From assembly GCF_000007005.1 (NCBI RefSeq), contig NC_002754.1: a DNA stretch of 64,000 nt; one strand, written 5' to 3'. This document shows positions 20,050-30,371 of this stretch, piece by piece. A program made the position numbers and the translations under genes. The notes under the pieces are model-generated. The model saw only the letters and a list, made by a program, of their open reading frames with translations. It was not told where the DNA came from and made no database searches. Origin of the DNA: Saccharolobus solfataricus P2 (lineage in GTDB: Archaea > Thermoproteota > Thermoprotei_A > Sulfolobales > Sulfolobaceae). Within the stretch, counting starts at the first letter, position 1. Each line of letters starts with the position of its first letter.

Positions 20050-21321
20050 TCATCCTTCCTCTAGATATCTAAATATCCACGAAGCAAATAAGAGTATTAT
20101 CCCCGCTGTTATAAAATCTATACCGTAGCTGATATAGTGCGTGATATAACCTGACAAAAGCGATCCTAGAAATAACGATATCCCTACTACAGTACTGTAA
20201 ACTCCGAGCCCAGTTCCTTGTCTCCTCTCCCCAACAATTTTGAATATTAAGGTAGTAGATGAGGAGTAGAAAATTGCATAGGCAATTCCAGCTGCCAACG
20301 GATAAAATATTAACCCAGATATAAATATTGGTATACCTAAAAATAATTGAGCAAATATACCAAGTACAACATAAGATACTCCTCTTAGGATAAGTGAAAT
20401 GTGTGCTAATCCTTTTTCATCTTTACTTTCAAGTAGCATTGAGGATATTCTAAATCCTAAAATTTGAAATACCATACCGACGCTTATTACAGCCAACACC
20501 TCAGATTTATTTAACCCTTTCACGTACAAGCCAGCTGGATAAACTGTATTGAATATTCCACTACTTATGTAAAATAACACTATTCCTAGATACAGTAAAG
20601 GAACGTAATTAATGGGTTTCCTAAATAATCTAGTCATGGAGAACATTTTGAAGTGATGAATATTAGGTAAATGAAGGAACATCATTGGCAAGTGTCTCAT
20701 TCTAGTTAAAAATGACTCTTTATGGTGTATGATAGCAGTCCTTTCAAAAGTAATTATAGGTTTAGGTAGTATCTTTATGCTTGCTATTAACGTAGCTAAT
20801 ACTGAAAATCCCAATATTTCCTCTATTTGGTCAATTCTTAAGAGAATTACCAGAAAAGTCGAAATAACTAATCCCAGCAAGACACCTATGGAGGAGAATA
20901 AGGAGAACCTTGAGAAAAGAGAACCCCAGTGTTTTTTCTCAACGGACTCCATTATTAATAAATTGAACGGTGTAGCTGACGCAGTACTCATAAATGTGAT
21001 TAAAGCGTAGTTTAAGGTGACTAGTGAGATACTGTTCATGAATGGCATAAAGACAAGTGGGATTGAAACCCCAGCTAGGCTTAACAATATTTGTTTCTTT
21101 CTATCCATCCTGTCAGCCATAAATCCCCATAATATTGAAGCTGGAATTAGAACAGCGTTACTTAGGGATATGGCGTATGCTACGTTAATCGCATTTCCTC
21201 CAAGCGAGAGAATCTGTAACGTTACTAATGTTGACAATGGTCCCGTTGAAGCGTTATAGGGTATTATTAGATACATCCATCTGGTATCCTTATACTTAAT
21301 CATTACTTGTTTTAGCCACAA
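20050..21321 (-). CDS. MFS transporter
   Basis: About 12 TM segments and a motif A-like WGFMADRMDRKK. Confidence 0.88.
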   Translation of the reverse strand: MWLKQVMIKYKDTRWMYLIIPYNASTGPLSTLVTLQILSLGGNAINVAYAISLSNAVLIPASILWGFMADRMDRKKQILLSLAGVSIPLVFMPFMNSISLVTLNYALITFMSTASATPFNLLIMESVEKKHWGSLFSRFSLFSSIGVLLGLVISTFLVILLRIDQIEEILGFSVLATLIASIKILPKPIITFERTAIIHHKESFLTRMRHLPMMFLHLPNIHHFKMFSMTRLFRKPINYVPLLYLGIVLFYISSGIFNTVYPAGLYVKGLNKSEVLAVISVGMVFQILGFRISSMLLESKDEKGLAHISLILRGVSYVVLGIFAQLFLGIPIFISGLIFYPLAAGIAYAIFYSSSTTLIFKIVGERRQGTGLGVYSTVVGISLFLGSLLSGYITHYISYGIDFITAGIILLFASWIFRYLEEG

Positions 21322-21458
21322 TGTAATGTTTAAAAATTTTATTGTAAAGTTTAACGAGCAATATATCCTTGGTTAAGTTTAAATTTTTTAAATATAGGAA
21401 ACAAGAGAATGCTCAGAGACAGAAAATAAATTTAATCCCAGTCCGAATGTGAAAGTGT

Positions 21459-22247
21459 ATGAAAATAAAAAAGGGAGATACTGAAGCTGAAATTTTAACA
21501 AAAGGTGCCTATCTTTATTCGTTTAAAATTGGAAATAGGGACATGATATTAAGAGGAGATTTGGAGAGACCTACAAGGGGTGGTATGGCAATCCTAATAC
21601 CATTTGCAAATAGAGTGAAAAATGCCGAATATGTATTTGAAGGAGTAAAATACACTTTACCTCAAAATAGAGAGGGAAACGCAATACATGGATTAGTCAT
21701 GGACAAGGAGTTCAACGTTATAGGAAAAAGTGAGGATAGTATCAGCTTGCAATATATTCTAGAACATGAAGGATATCCTTCCAAGCTCGATTGTGTTATA
21801 ACCTACAAGGTTTTCAAATACGGACTTAGGATAAAGATAGTTGTAAGAAACGTAGGAAATAAAAGAGCACCATTAACGGTTGGTGCACATCCATACTTTA
21901 TTACGGCAGATGATTGGAGAATAGTAGTGGAAAAGGAGGAAAGTATAAAGAAGTGCATAAGTTTCAATAAAATTCCTACTGGGGAATTGGTAAAGACTAA
22001 ACTTGAACACACTGATTACGATGACTGTTTCTTGATAAGTGGAGGTATTCAGCTACATTCATCCTATTCAAAAGTGAGAATTACAAGAAGAAACATGCCA
22101 TTTGTACAAATATATACTGGCGTAAGAGGCTCAATTGCGATAGAACCCATGAGCGGTGCCCCAGATGCATATCATAATGGTTTAGGACTTAAAATATTAG
22201 AACCAAATGAGAGCTCATATTTTGCGTTTGCGTTTCGTTTCCATTGA
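21459..22247 (+). CDS. Aldose 1-epimerase family protein
   Basis: Motifs LIPFANRV, NAIHGLV, GAHPYF, YDDCF and AIEPMS. Confidence 0.88.
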   Translation: MKIKKGDTEAEILTKGAYLYSFKIGNRDMILRGDLERPTRGGMAILIPFANRVKNAEYVFEGVKYTLPQNREGNAIHGLVMDKEFNVIGKSEDSISLQYILEHEGYPSKLDCVITYKVFKYGLRIKIVVRNVGNKRAPLTVGAHPYFITADDWRIVVEKEESIKKCISFNKIPTGELVKTKLEHTDYDDCFLISGGIQLHSSYSKVRITRRNMPFVQIYTGVRGSIAIEPMSGAPDAYHNGLGLKILEPNESSYFAFAFRFH

Positions 22248-22318
22248 ATATATTTATACATCGGTAATCTTCTATATAAATCAATAAGGTTTATATTTTA
22301 AAATTATATAGTAGATTT

Positions 22319-23128
22319 ATGCCCTATGCAGAAGAAATGGAAGTGAAAGCTAGTAGATCTCAATTACTGTCATTCTTTATAGACCCAGTGAGATTTGCTG
22401 GAATATTAGGTCACCTGATGATTGTGAATATATTTGATAAGGCCGAAAGTAAATTCGTAACAATGGGTAGTCTAAAAAAGCCTGAAAATAAGTTCAAAGT
22501 TCTTTATTTAATCGGAGATCCAGAATCACGATTAATAACGTTTTCAGGTATAATGGAGGGACCTACACTTACGTTTAATACCATTACATATAAGGGAGAA
22601 GGAGATAATGGGAAATTAACGTGGAGGATAGATCTTATCTTAACAGAATTAGGTAAACTAACAAGAATGAAAGTTGCTGCAGATGTTAAGCAAAGCTATG
22701 GTTTTCTAGATAGAGTCAGAATAGGAGATTTTGATTTTGCAACGCATTTAGTAAAAGAGCATGTAATACCATTTGTTAAATTTTATTTTAAGCCCTCTAT
22801 CTTGGAAGAAACTCCAGTCCTCAATGAGGTATTTAGATTTAGAGGGAGTGTTGAAGAGGTTATATTGAAATTAAGAGAGGTTATAGTAAATATTAAACAA
22901 GGAGGTATAATTATTCTTGGAGATGATTATAATATAATAACATCCATAGTCAATGGAGAAGTCTCTCATGCTCAGATAAATAATATGGATGTACCTGGAA
23001 GTGAGGTTTTTGCATATCTACTTAAGGCGAGCGGAAATGTAGAATTAATAGCCTATGATATTTCCTTAGATGACTTGATATTTAAGAACTTAAAAAGAAG
23101 ATTGGAGGAAGTGAAAGCTAAATCATGA
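22319..23128 (+). CDS. Hypothetical protein (possible SRPBCC/CoxG-like N-terminal domain)
   Basis: 269-aa ORF. The fold guess rests on pattern only. Confidence 0.6.
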   Translation: MPYAEEMEVKASRSQLLSFFIDPVRFAGILGHLMIVNIFDKAESKFVTMGSLKKPENKFKVLYLIGDPESRLITFSGIMEGPTLTFNTITYKGEGDNGKLTWRIDLILTELGKLTRMKVAADVKQSYGFLDRVRIGDFDFATHLVKEHVIPFVKFYFKPSILEETPVLNEVFRFRGSVEEVILKLREVIVNIKQGGIIILGDDYNIITSIVNGEVSHAQINNMDVPGSEVFAYLLKASGNVELIAYDISLDDLIFKNLKRRLEEVKAKS

Positions 23129-24163
23129 TGTTTTTTGCGTAATTACGCAAGAAGCAGCGCTACTAATTAATCTAGGTGCAATTTGCTCAGTGATCAAATA
23201 TACCTCATAGTCCTTTTCTTTGGACAAGTACTCGACGTTAAGGTCAGAGAACACTAATATGTCAAATCCCTGCTTACTGATGACGTAAATTTCATCATTA
23301 CTAACTATGTCCGTAGGTACTACATTCCCTATTTCCTTTATCATTTCAATTTCGTAGGTGCCACTTCTATCAACCACCCTGAAGGTTTTAGAGTAGTTTA
23401 AGCTAGACATTAGTATGTAAACGTCTTTACCGAATCCTTCTCGAGTTAAATTTTCATACGCTCTTAGAACATCGAGTAGTATATTTCCAGCGACATTCCA
23501 GTCAGAACCTGTAATTTTCAAGCCGATTTTTAGAGGAGATAACGGATGATTTTTTAATAATAAATAATTCTCCATCTTAGCAAAAGATTTTCCAGCTAAT
23601 ACGGCTGTTCTTCTCGAATCGCTCTTCTGACCCAAATAAAATTTTACTTGAGAATTAATTAACGGAACTTCATAGAGTGATGCACTTTTGCTTTGAATTA
23701 TATCTCCGGAATCCTCTTTTATTTCTGATAAAGGTATGGTGGTAAACTCATATTTTATTGTATTTCCTATATTCCTCATTATTCTACTCGACACAATTCC
23801 CTCAGTTATCCAGCTCACTATATGGTCTTTGGAAATCTCCTTACTACTAGTTGGAATTAAAGGAAAATCCTTGGTTTCACCAATCAGTTTTGAAGCTTCT
23901 TCCCATCCCTTTTTAAAATAACTGAAATCCTCTGGAGAAACTTGATATAGTAGTCTTAGGAATTCTCCAAAATGAGTCATTTCCTCTTTAGTTATGTCTT
24001 CATGTACTTTTCTTAATTTCTCGTCATCAATATATTTATTTTGTTGTAGATAAAAATTTATAGCATCTATTTCTGCAGCTATTGCATTTCTTATAGCTCT
24101 GACTGATTCCTCTTTATCAAATTTTTCTTTTCTAGTTAAAGTTGAGGGATCATTAGAGAACAA
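23123..24163 (-). CDS. Ferritin-like (Flp/EncFtn) domain fused to a family 1 encapsulin (linocin M18/HK97-fold) shell
   Basis: N-terminal AIAAEIDAINFY...EEMTHFGEF ferroxidase helices, followed by a ~240-aa encapsulin-like region ending in YLITEQIAPRLISSAASCVI. Confidence 0.82.
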   Translation of the reverse strand: MFSNDPSTLTRKEKFDKEESVRAIRNAIAAEIDAINFYLQQNKYIDDEKLRKVHEDITKEEMTHFGEFLRLLYQVSPEDFSYFKKGWEEASKLIGETKDFPLIPTSSKEISKDHIVSWITEGIVSSRIMRNIGNTIKYEFTTIPLSEIKEDSGDIIQSKSASLYEVPLINSQVKFYLGQKSDSRRTAVLAGKSFAKMENYLLLKNHPLSPLKIGLKITGSDWNVAGNILLDVLRAYENLTREGFGKDVYILMSSLNYSKTFRVVDRSGTYEIEMIKEIGNVVPTDIVSNDEIYVISKQGFDILVFSDLNVEYLSKEKDYEVYLITEQIAPRLISSAASCVITQKTS

Positions 24164-24397
24164 AACTTAGCACCCATTACTCTATAAGCGTTTACGTATA
24201 AAAGTTATAAAGTCTCTTTGGCTTTATCTACAATTGCACTCATTAGCTAGTTTGTAGATTTTTATCAGATATTTAAGAATCATTACTAACTTAAATTGTA
24301 CACTTTAACATTGACCGAAATGGAGATAATATAGTGATCTAGTGTAAAAATATTCAATAGGTAAATCAAGCAAATACTCACTCTCTTTTCCCTTATA

Positions 24398-25747
24398 TTA
24401 AAGGGCGAGGTTTTCTGTCTCATTCCTTGTAGGTGTTTGATATTGATCGAAAAGGATCTTTAATCTCTCTTCTAATAGGAAGACGTCACCATTCAATATT
24501 TTCACAACTTCTAGCGTAGGGATATTTAGTGTGTAAATGTTATTAATATTAGTAGCGGTGTTTGTTATTACGAATCTTCCCCTAACCTTATATACTTTCT
24601 TATCATGTTCCACTTCCTCAATTTTGCTTAACAATTTCAATTCCTCATAGTTATATAAGCTTCCGTCATTTGAAAATACTACATCTCCCAAGTATACTTG
24701 ATCATCCACAATGAAGAATAAGCCTACTACAATAGACTTTCCGTCAACTTCAATTCTCTTTCCTCTTGGATGAACATAGCTTATTCCAAACTCTTTACTA
24801 ATATTGGATAGTAACTCTCTAACCTTCTTTTCAAATTCCTTAGCGTCAACTTCTGGATTCCTTAGACTTGTATATTTTCTCAATTCACTTCTAATACAAT
24901 CTATGTTATTTTTCTCACAAACTTTTTCTACCTTATCCATCTCATTTCGTATGAACTGTAATATTGAACTGACATTAGTTATCTCTTTACTATTCCATAG
25001 TGTTATAATTATTGGTAGAATGTCCTCTGTTAGATCTTTACAATAGGCTTCTACAATTTCCTTTATGTCCTCACTTGTTAACGCGTCATCTAGAGGAATT
25101 CTGCTCTCCTCTATTCTCCTTCTTATTGCTAAATCAGAAACCTTGCTGTAAACCTCAGTAGGCATTGCCATAATTATCGGTATATCAAGTCCTGCGTTAA
25201 TTAGCCTGTGTATTAGACTTAAGTGATAATCCCTTATTTCATCAATTAAAAGTACTAGCTTACTCAAATTCTTCATATCTCTTAACGCATTAATCATTCC
25301 GTCGAAGTTTCTTTCATAGCTCAAACAATAAACCCTTAGAAAGGGATTATTATATTTATTGCAAATTTTTAGCAACCAATCCTCAAATTTAACTCCCATC
25401 AATCTTTTCCAAAAAGAATATCCAAGCTTACCCTTTATCTTCTGCAGTTCAAGTAAAGCCTTTTCCCTCAATTCGAATTGAGTAGTCTTAGTCCAGAATT
25501 CCTCATCTATACTTTGTTTATTAGCTAAGTCTAAGTAAATTGATAAGTTATCAGTTTTTGTTATTTCCTCTATTTTCTTAAGTAACGTAGTCTTTCCCAT
25601 ACCAGGTTGTCCAACAACTGATGCCACTTCGTTATTTCTTACTATTTCTAGTGTCTTTTCTAAATATTTTCTATATGTTGGACCTACCAGTATAATGCTT
25701 CTAGATGACCATGTAGTTACAGTTACTCTTGGTATCTCACAAACCAT
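24398..25747 (-). CDS. P-loop ATPase (AAA+/STAND-like) of unknown function
   Basis: Walker A GQPGMGKT and Walker B LVLLIDE. Starts 2 bp after the upstream gene. Confidence 0.8.
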   Translation of the reverse strand: MVCEIPRVTVTTWSSRSIILVGPTYRKYLEKTLEIVRNNEVASVVGQPGMGKTTLLKKIEEITKTDNLSIYLDLANKQSIDEEFWTKTTQFELREKALLELQKIKGKLGYSFWKRLMGVKFEDWLLKICNKYNNPFLRVYCLSYERNFDGMINALRDMKNLSKLVLLIDEIRDYHLSLIHRLINAGLDIPIIMAMPTEVYSKVSDLAIRRRIEESRIPLDDALTSEDIKEIVEAYCKDLTEDILPIIITLWNSKEITNVSSILQFIRNEMDKVEKVCEKNNIDCIRSELRKYTSLRNPEVDAKEFEKKVRELLSNISKEFGISYVHPRGKRIEVDGKSIVVGLFFIVDDQVYLGDVVFSNDGSLYNYEELKLLSKIEEVEHDKKVYKVRGRFVITNTATNINNIYTLNIPTLEVVKILNGDVFLLEERLKILFDQYQTPTRNETENLAL

Positions 25748-25749
25748 AT

Positions 25750-26250
25750 TTATCTCCTCCTCTTAACTATTCCGTAAGTAACGCCTCTTCTCGTAAATCC
25801 CTCATCACCTCCAGCTATTAAATCGTAATTTTCCTCTACATATTTTCTAAATTTTGAGTAAAACTCTTCCTTAGAAAGTCCTAGTTCTATCCTTATTCTC
25901 TCCAATGGCGCATATCCTAAAGAATCCCTTATCCTATCATAAGCCTCATCAAAATCCTTAGATGAAAAACTCTTTGATTCAACGAATTTCTGTAATAGGT
26001 CAAGCATTTTATGAATCTCATCCCTTAGTATTTTCAACTCGTCTTCTATGTTTATACTATCTAGCGGTTCAAAAGTGATTTTACTCCCATTTTCAACTCT
26101 TCTTATTTTTCCCTCCTTCTCTAACTCCTCGAGTACATGTATGAGGTTTCTATCCTTAAACTTCCTCTTAATCTTAGATAATGAGACCGGTTTCTGTGAA
26201 TCCTTATATTCACTCAATATAAGAGCAAAGACGTCATCCTTGCCAATCAT
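25750..26250 (-). CDS. Winged-helix/coiled-coil protein, cotranscribed with the ATPase
   Basis: N-terminal wHTH-like VSLSKIKRKF...LEELEKEGKIRRVENG, a central coiled coil, and a C-terminal HTH-like LERIRIELGLSKEEFY. Confidence 0.7.
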   Translation of the reverse strand: MIGKDDVFALILSEYKDSQKPVSLSKIKRKFKDRNLIHVLEELEKEGKIRRVENGSKITFEPLDSINIEDELKILRDEIHKMLDLLQKFVESKSFSSKDFDEAYDRIRDSLGYAPLERIRIELGLSKEEFYSKFRKYVEENYDLIAGGDEGFTRRGVTYGIVKRRR

Positions 26251-26487
26251 GTTAAAGGTTTTGGTTCTAAAATGTTCATAAGGCTTACAGCCCTTAATAC
26301 TGACTTTAGGAGTTTAAAAGAAGTCACGCAATTAGAACGTATTCATAATTATTTTATTTGATTCATAAGACTTCCTAGTTACTTTTTGTAACTTATCTAA
26401 TGATTGGCTATGAAGAATATATGTATATATGAAGAGAGAATCTACATAATATATCTATATTAGTATTAAAAATGAAACAAGATTTTC

Positions 26488-27654
26488 TTAATAAACTAAA
26501 GCCTTAATTGTGGCACCAATTTCTGTTGACGAACTTAATCTAATCCAAGTTGTAGGCTTATCGATAATATTTATTCCACGCTTTAATACCACGCTATCGC
26601 TAACTTCATCATTAATATCAGCCTTTAATTGTAATTCAGCTTCTCCGTTAACTGATACGATTAGTCTATTGGCATTAGGAACATAATACCACTTACTCTC
26701 CCTTCCCTTGAATTTCCCTCTTAGCTCACCATAACTCCTAGGATCAAAGATAAAAGTATCAACGTATTCTACCCAAATTTCATGTGTATAGCCCTCTTTC
26801 CCAGTATCGATCCTAGTGGTATAGGTATCTCTGAAGGATACAAAAAACAATTTTGGTTTTCCGTCTGGTTCGGTAGTGTAATGAGGATGTCCAACTTGAA
26901 CGAATGAGTCATCTAAACCTAGAAGTGGCATTAGTGAACCTTGAAGAAAACTAACTTTGTTAACATCTTCTGTCACATAAAGCTCATCTAAATTAGGTCC
27001 AATGAACGATTGTAACATCCATTTTGAAACAGTATTCATTTCAATGAAGATTTGAAACCTAGGGATAAGTGTGAAGTCTAATACATCATTACTCCTAGCC
27101 CAAGCTCCAATATCCCCTAAATCCTCAACTCTCACCTTTTCCAAATCGTCGACGCTTCTTACCATATATAACTTAACACCAGAAGAATCAGCATTAGGAG
27201 CTACTGCAAATGCGTCATGCATATTTCTATATGCTCCGGTTGGTCTTATAGGAAAGCCAGAGTCCTTCTTTAAGTCCTTAATTAAAAGTTTATATCCCTT
27301 TAGTTTCCACTCTTGATCGAATGCAAAGAAATAGACATCATTTCCATGTGTAGAAGTGATGTAGAACTCGTCTCTAGCCTCATTGTAAAATCCCCTTATT
27401 CCATTGTTACTATAGTCAACTTGCATTGGGAAATCAGATGGTAAAATCTTCTTAATACCACTAAAGTCAACGTTTAGACTCCTATCTATTGGCGCTACGA
27501 ATCCTTCACGTTTTAACCCTTTTAGATCACTCCAACCAGTGAAGAGGAACCAGTGCTTGTCTCTTTTACTATCATAGATTACGTATGGGGTTCCTACTCC
27601 ACCTTTAATATCGCTAAAGGGAGATTTTGGGGGAAGAATTATTGGTCTGATCAT
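26488..27654 (-). CDS. Hypothetical protein, possible beta-propeller glycosidase-like fold
   Basis: 388 aa, beta-rich, with TPYVIYD...HWFLFTGW and QVGHPHY. Confidence 0.6.
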   Translation of the reverse strand: MIRPIILPPKSPFSDIKGGVGTPYVIYDSKRDKHWFLFTGWSDLKGLKREGFVAPIDRSLNVDFSGIKKILPSDFPMQVDYSNNGIRGFYNEARDEFYITSTHGNDVYFFAFDQEWKLKGYKLLIKDLKKDSGFPIRPTGAYRNMHDAFAVAPNADSSGVKLYMVRSVDDLEKVRVEDLGDIGAWARSNDVLDFTLIPRFQIFIEMNTVSKWMLQSFIGPNLDELYVTEDVNKVSFLQGSLMPLLGLDDSFVQVGHPHYTTEPDGKPKLFFVSFRDTYTTRIDTGKEGYTHEIWVEYVDTFIFDPRSYGELRGKFKGRESKWYYVPNANRLIVSVNGEAELQLKADINDEVSDSVVLKRGINIIDKPTTWIRLSSSTEIGATIKALVY

Positions 27655-27710
27655 ACTGAAAAATAACCTTTAAAGAATAAAATTTTTTTATTATATATGT
27701 TATAACTCTT

Positions 27711-28253
27711 CTATTTATCATTGCCCAAAAGATGTCTTCTTACAAATATTCTAATATCCTTAACCTTTTTGAGAGATTTCAAATTCGTTACAATACTATC
27801 AACTTTTGCATTATCCTTTTCTCTAATATTTATACTCTCAGCCTCACTTCTCCCTAACTGATTTAAATAATACAATCTTTCTTTTTTTAGAATTAGACTC
27901 TTTTTTGATAAGGTATGTAAACGAGAATCTATTCTTGGACTATATACAAAATATCTTTTATTCCACTTAATTGAAAAAATCGGGTTTTGTATATTGTAAT
28001 ATCTGGATAAATAGTCGTAAAGTAAAAATGAGAGTACGAAAAGTCTAGTCTTGTCAATCCCTCCCCCATACTTATATATTGTAAACAACGTTAGGGAGTC
28101 AACGGTCATGTGATAAGCTACTTCTTGTTCTTTACATAACTTTTCTACGTTACTTTCTGCTAATAACTTAAGAATATAATAGAGAGAAACCCAAGACCCA
28201 TATATTTCGATTTCGTCCAAAGCCTCCTTTAAGAGTTGTTGTAATCTATTCAT
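27711..28253 (-). CDS. Hypothetical protein (wHTH-like C-terminal half)
   Basis: 180-aa ORF whose ATG overlaps the GH15 stop (TAATG). Confidence 0.65.
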   Translation of the reverse strand: MNRLQQLLKEALDEIEIYGSWVSLYYILKLLAESNVEKLCKEQEVAYHMTVDSLTLFTIYKYGGGIDKTRLFVLSFLLYDYLSRYYNIQNPIFSIKWNKRYFVYSPRIDSRLHTLSKKSLILKKERLYYLNQLGRSEAESINIREKDNAKVDSIVTNLKSLKKVKDIRIFVRRHLLGNDK

Positions 28254-30007
28254 TAAACTAACCTCTCTTCTAGTTCCACTATTGCCACTATTAATCCTGC
28301 ATGGGGAAATGCTTGAGGAAAGTTACCCCTAGGTTCGCAAGTGTTCTGATCTAAGTGTTCAGCGAGTAATAATGATGATGTAGAACAGTTAATTAGCTTC
28401 TCAATTACTTTTTTCGCTCTGTCTACTTCTCCTAATCTAATATAAACCCGGCTTAACCATGTCGAGACTAGGGCAAAAGGATGTTTTACATTTCCCATAA
28501 AGTCATCCTTATATCTTAGTAATAAACCATCTGAAATCATTAAATCCCTCTCGATCTTCTCAAATGTCCTCAAAAATCTAGGATCTTTAGCATCTATAAA
28601 GCCGTATAGCGGTAAGGTAAGTAAAGCAGAATCTACTGAATTACTCCCGTAATATCTCGTAAAATAACCTAACTTTTCTGAATATCCGTTATCAAAAACG
28701 TCCTTTTTAATTTCTTCAGCAACATTAATCCATTCCTCAGCTTCATTTTTATATCCCAATTCATTTGCAAGTTTGCTAGCCCTATCGAGAGCTACCCAAT
28801 CCATAACCTTAGTGTGCGTGAAATGCTCCTCTACTCCTCTTTGTTCCCATAAATCAGTACTCTTCCATTTCCAACTCTTCTTAGTCCATTCCGCTATTGC
28901 CTCTATGGCCCACCATATTTCACTAATATATTCTGAATCTTTACTTGCATTATAATATTCGTATAGTGCATTCATATAAGCACCTTCAACATCCATTTGT
29001 ATTTGCATATACGCTGCATTTCCAACTCTTACCGGAAACGATTTTTTATGACCTTTTAGCCAATCTAGGATTTCCTCTGCTGGTGGCGCTGTTCCATCTA
29101 TTGTATAAAGTGGATGATCAAAACTTTTAGACGAAGGATCTATCATAGCAGTTAGGAATCCTATTATATCCCTGGCCTTTACCAATAATCCTGCTTTTAT
29201 TAACGCTTCTGCAGAGTACGAAGCATCTCTAACCCATACATATCTATAATCCCAATTTCTCGACCCGCCGATTATCTCTGGAAGAGAAGTAGTTGGAGCT
29301 GCTATAATTCCTCCTGATGGTTCATAAATTAAGCCAAGAAGTACTAACAAAGATCTATAATATGCATCTACATACATGTTAACCTTTTTAGCGTTCTCTA
29401 ACCTTCTTCTCCAATATCTTATAGCCTTATTTAAGGCTTCATACGGTTCAGAATAAACAAAGCCCTTATTACTGAACAGACCATATCTCAAATCCTTCGA
29501 GTAAAGCAAGTATATATAACCTTTACCCTTTTTCAAAACGAATTCAGTATCATCAATAGGTATGTATTCCCCACCTATTAGTATTTCCACGCCCTCTTTG
29601 GATTTAGGATTTCTAAATATCAAGCCTCTTCTAGCTTTAATTATAGCTGGTGTTATAAGGCCGTATTCAAAGAATGGCTTTATCTCTACTTTCAGATCTA
29701 TTTCACTTTCATAAATTCGTATAATCCCTGCTAACGATAAAGGTAAGAAGTCCGTTACTTCAGCTTTACCCTCCTCGCTTTTGAAGATAGTTCTTAGAAT
29801 CAATGTATTTTCAATATAATCTTCATGAATTACCTCATATTTTTCATCTACCGGACTTATACTGAAATACCCTCCTCTTTCTTCATCCAGAATTTTTGTG
29901 AAAATTGATGAAGAATCAAATCTAGGTAATGGTAACCATTCAACACTGCCATTTTTTATTAAAGCTGAGGTGATACCGTTCGAAAGAAATTCGTAATATC
30001 TTGTCAC
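28253..30007 (-). CDS. Glycoside hydrolase family 15 (trehalase-like), second paralog
   Basis: Motifs AAPTTSLPE, RNWDYRYVWVRD, DLWEQRG, AEHLD and GNFPQAF. Confidence 0.9.
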   Translation of the reverse strand: MTRYYEFLSNGITSALIKNGSVEWLPLPRFDSSSIFTKILDEERGGYFSISPVDEKYEVIHEDYIENTLILRTIFKSEEGKAEVTDFLPLSLAGIIRIYESEIDLKVEIKPFFEYGLITPAIIKARRGLIFRNPKSKEGVEILIGGEYIPIDDTEFVLKKGKGYIYLLYSKDLRYGLFSNKGFVYSEPYEALNKAIRYWRRRLENAKKVNMYVDAYYRSLLVLLGLIYEPSGGIIAAPTTSLPEIIGGSRNWDYRYVWVRDASYSAEALIKAGLLVKARDIIGFLTAMIDPSSKSFDHPLYTIDGTAPPAEEILDWLKGHKKSFPVRVGNAAYMQIQMDVEGAYMNALYEYYNASKDSEYISEIWWAIEAIAEWTKKSWKWKSTDLWEQRGVEEHFTHTKVMDWVALDRASKLANELGYKNEAEEWINVAEEIKKDVFDNGYSEKLGYFTRYYGSNSVDSALLTLPLYGFIDAKDPRFLRTFEKIERDLMISDGLLLRYKDDFMGNVKHPFALVSTWLSRVYIRLGEVDRAKKVIEKLINCSTSSLLLAEHLDQNTCEPRGNFPQAFPHAGLIVAIVELEERLV

Positions 30008-30371
30008 GTGAGTAGTAAGGAATTTACCCTAAAAAATTTAGTCTTAATTGTTGAAAGTTAAATTAATCTGGAGAAGCCCATGACTAAACTAGTGTTTGCT
30101 ATATAGATGAGAGGAAGTTTTCAGAAAATAACCTATGGAGGAGAGTTAATATAAGCTAGTATATTTGCACTAGTGTGGTTTTTGAGAGAATTACTACTAT
30201 ATTGCAATTGTGGAGTTTATACGTCAATTTCTTTCCACTGCTTATCAAATGAGAGTTGGAGAATCAATGACGAGAGAAGGATGAATTGATTTAGAATAGA
30301 ACCTCATTGGTAGGTGAGGAGATACGTTTTTCAAGATAAATATATTATGAATAAACGCGAAATGAAATAGT

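Noticed and set aside
23941-23950. 10-nt match (CTTGATATAG) between the TnpB copy 2 guide and the encapsulin gene
   Set aside because: It is too short, is not preceded by TTATA, and is expected by chance in AT-rich DNA.
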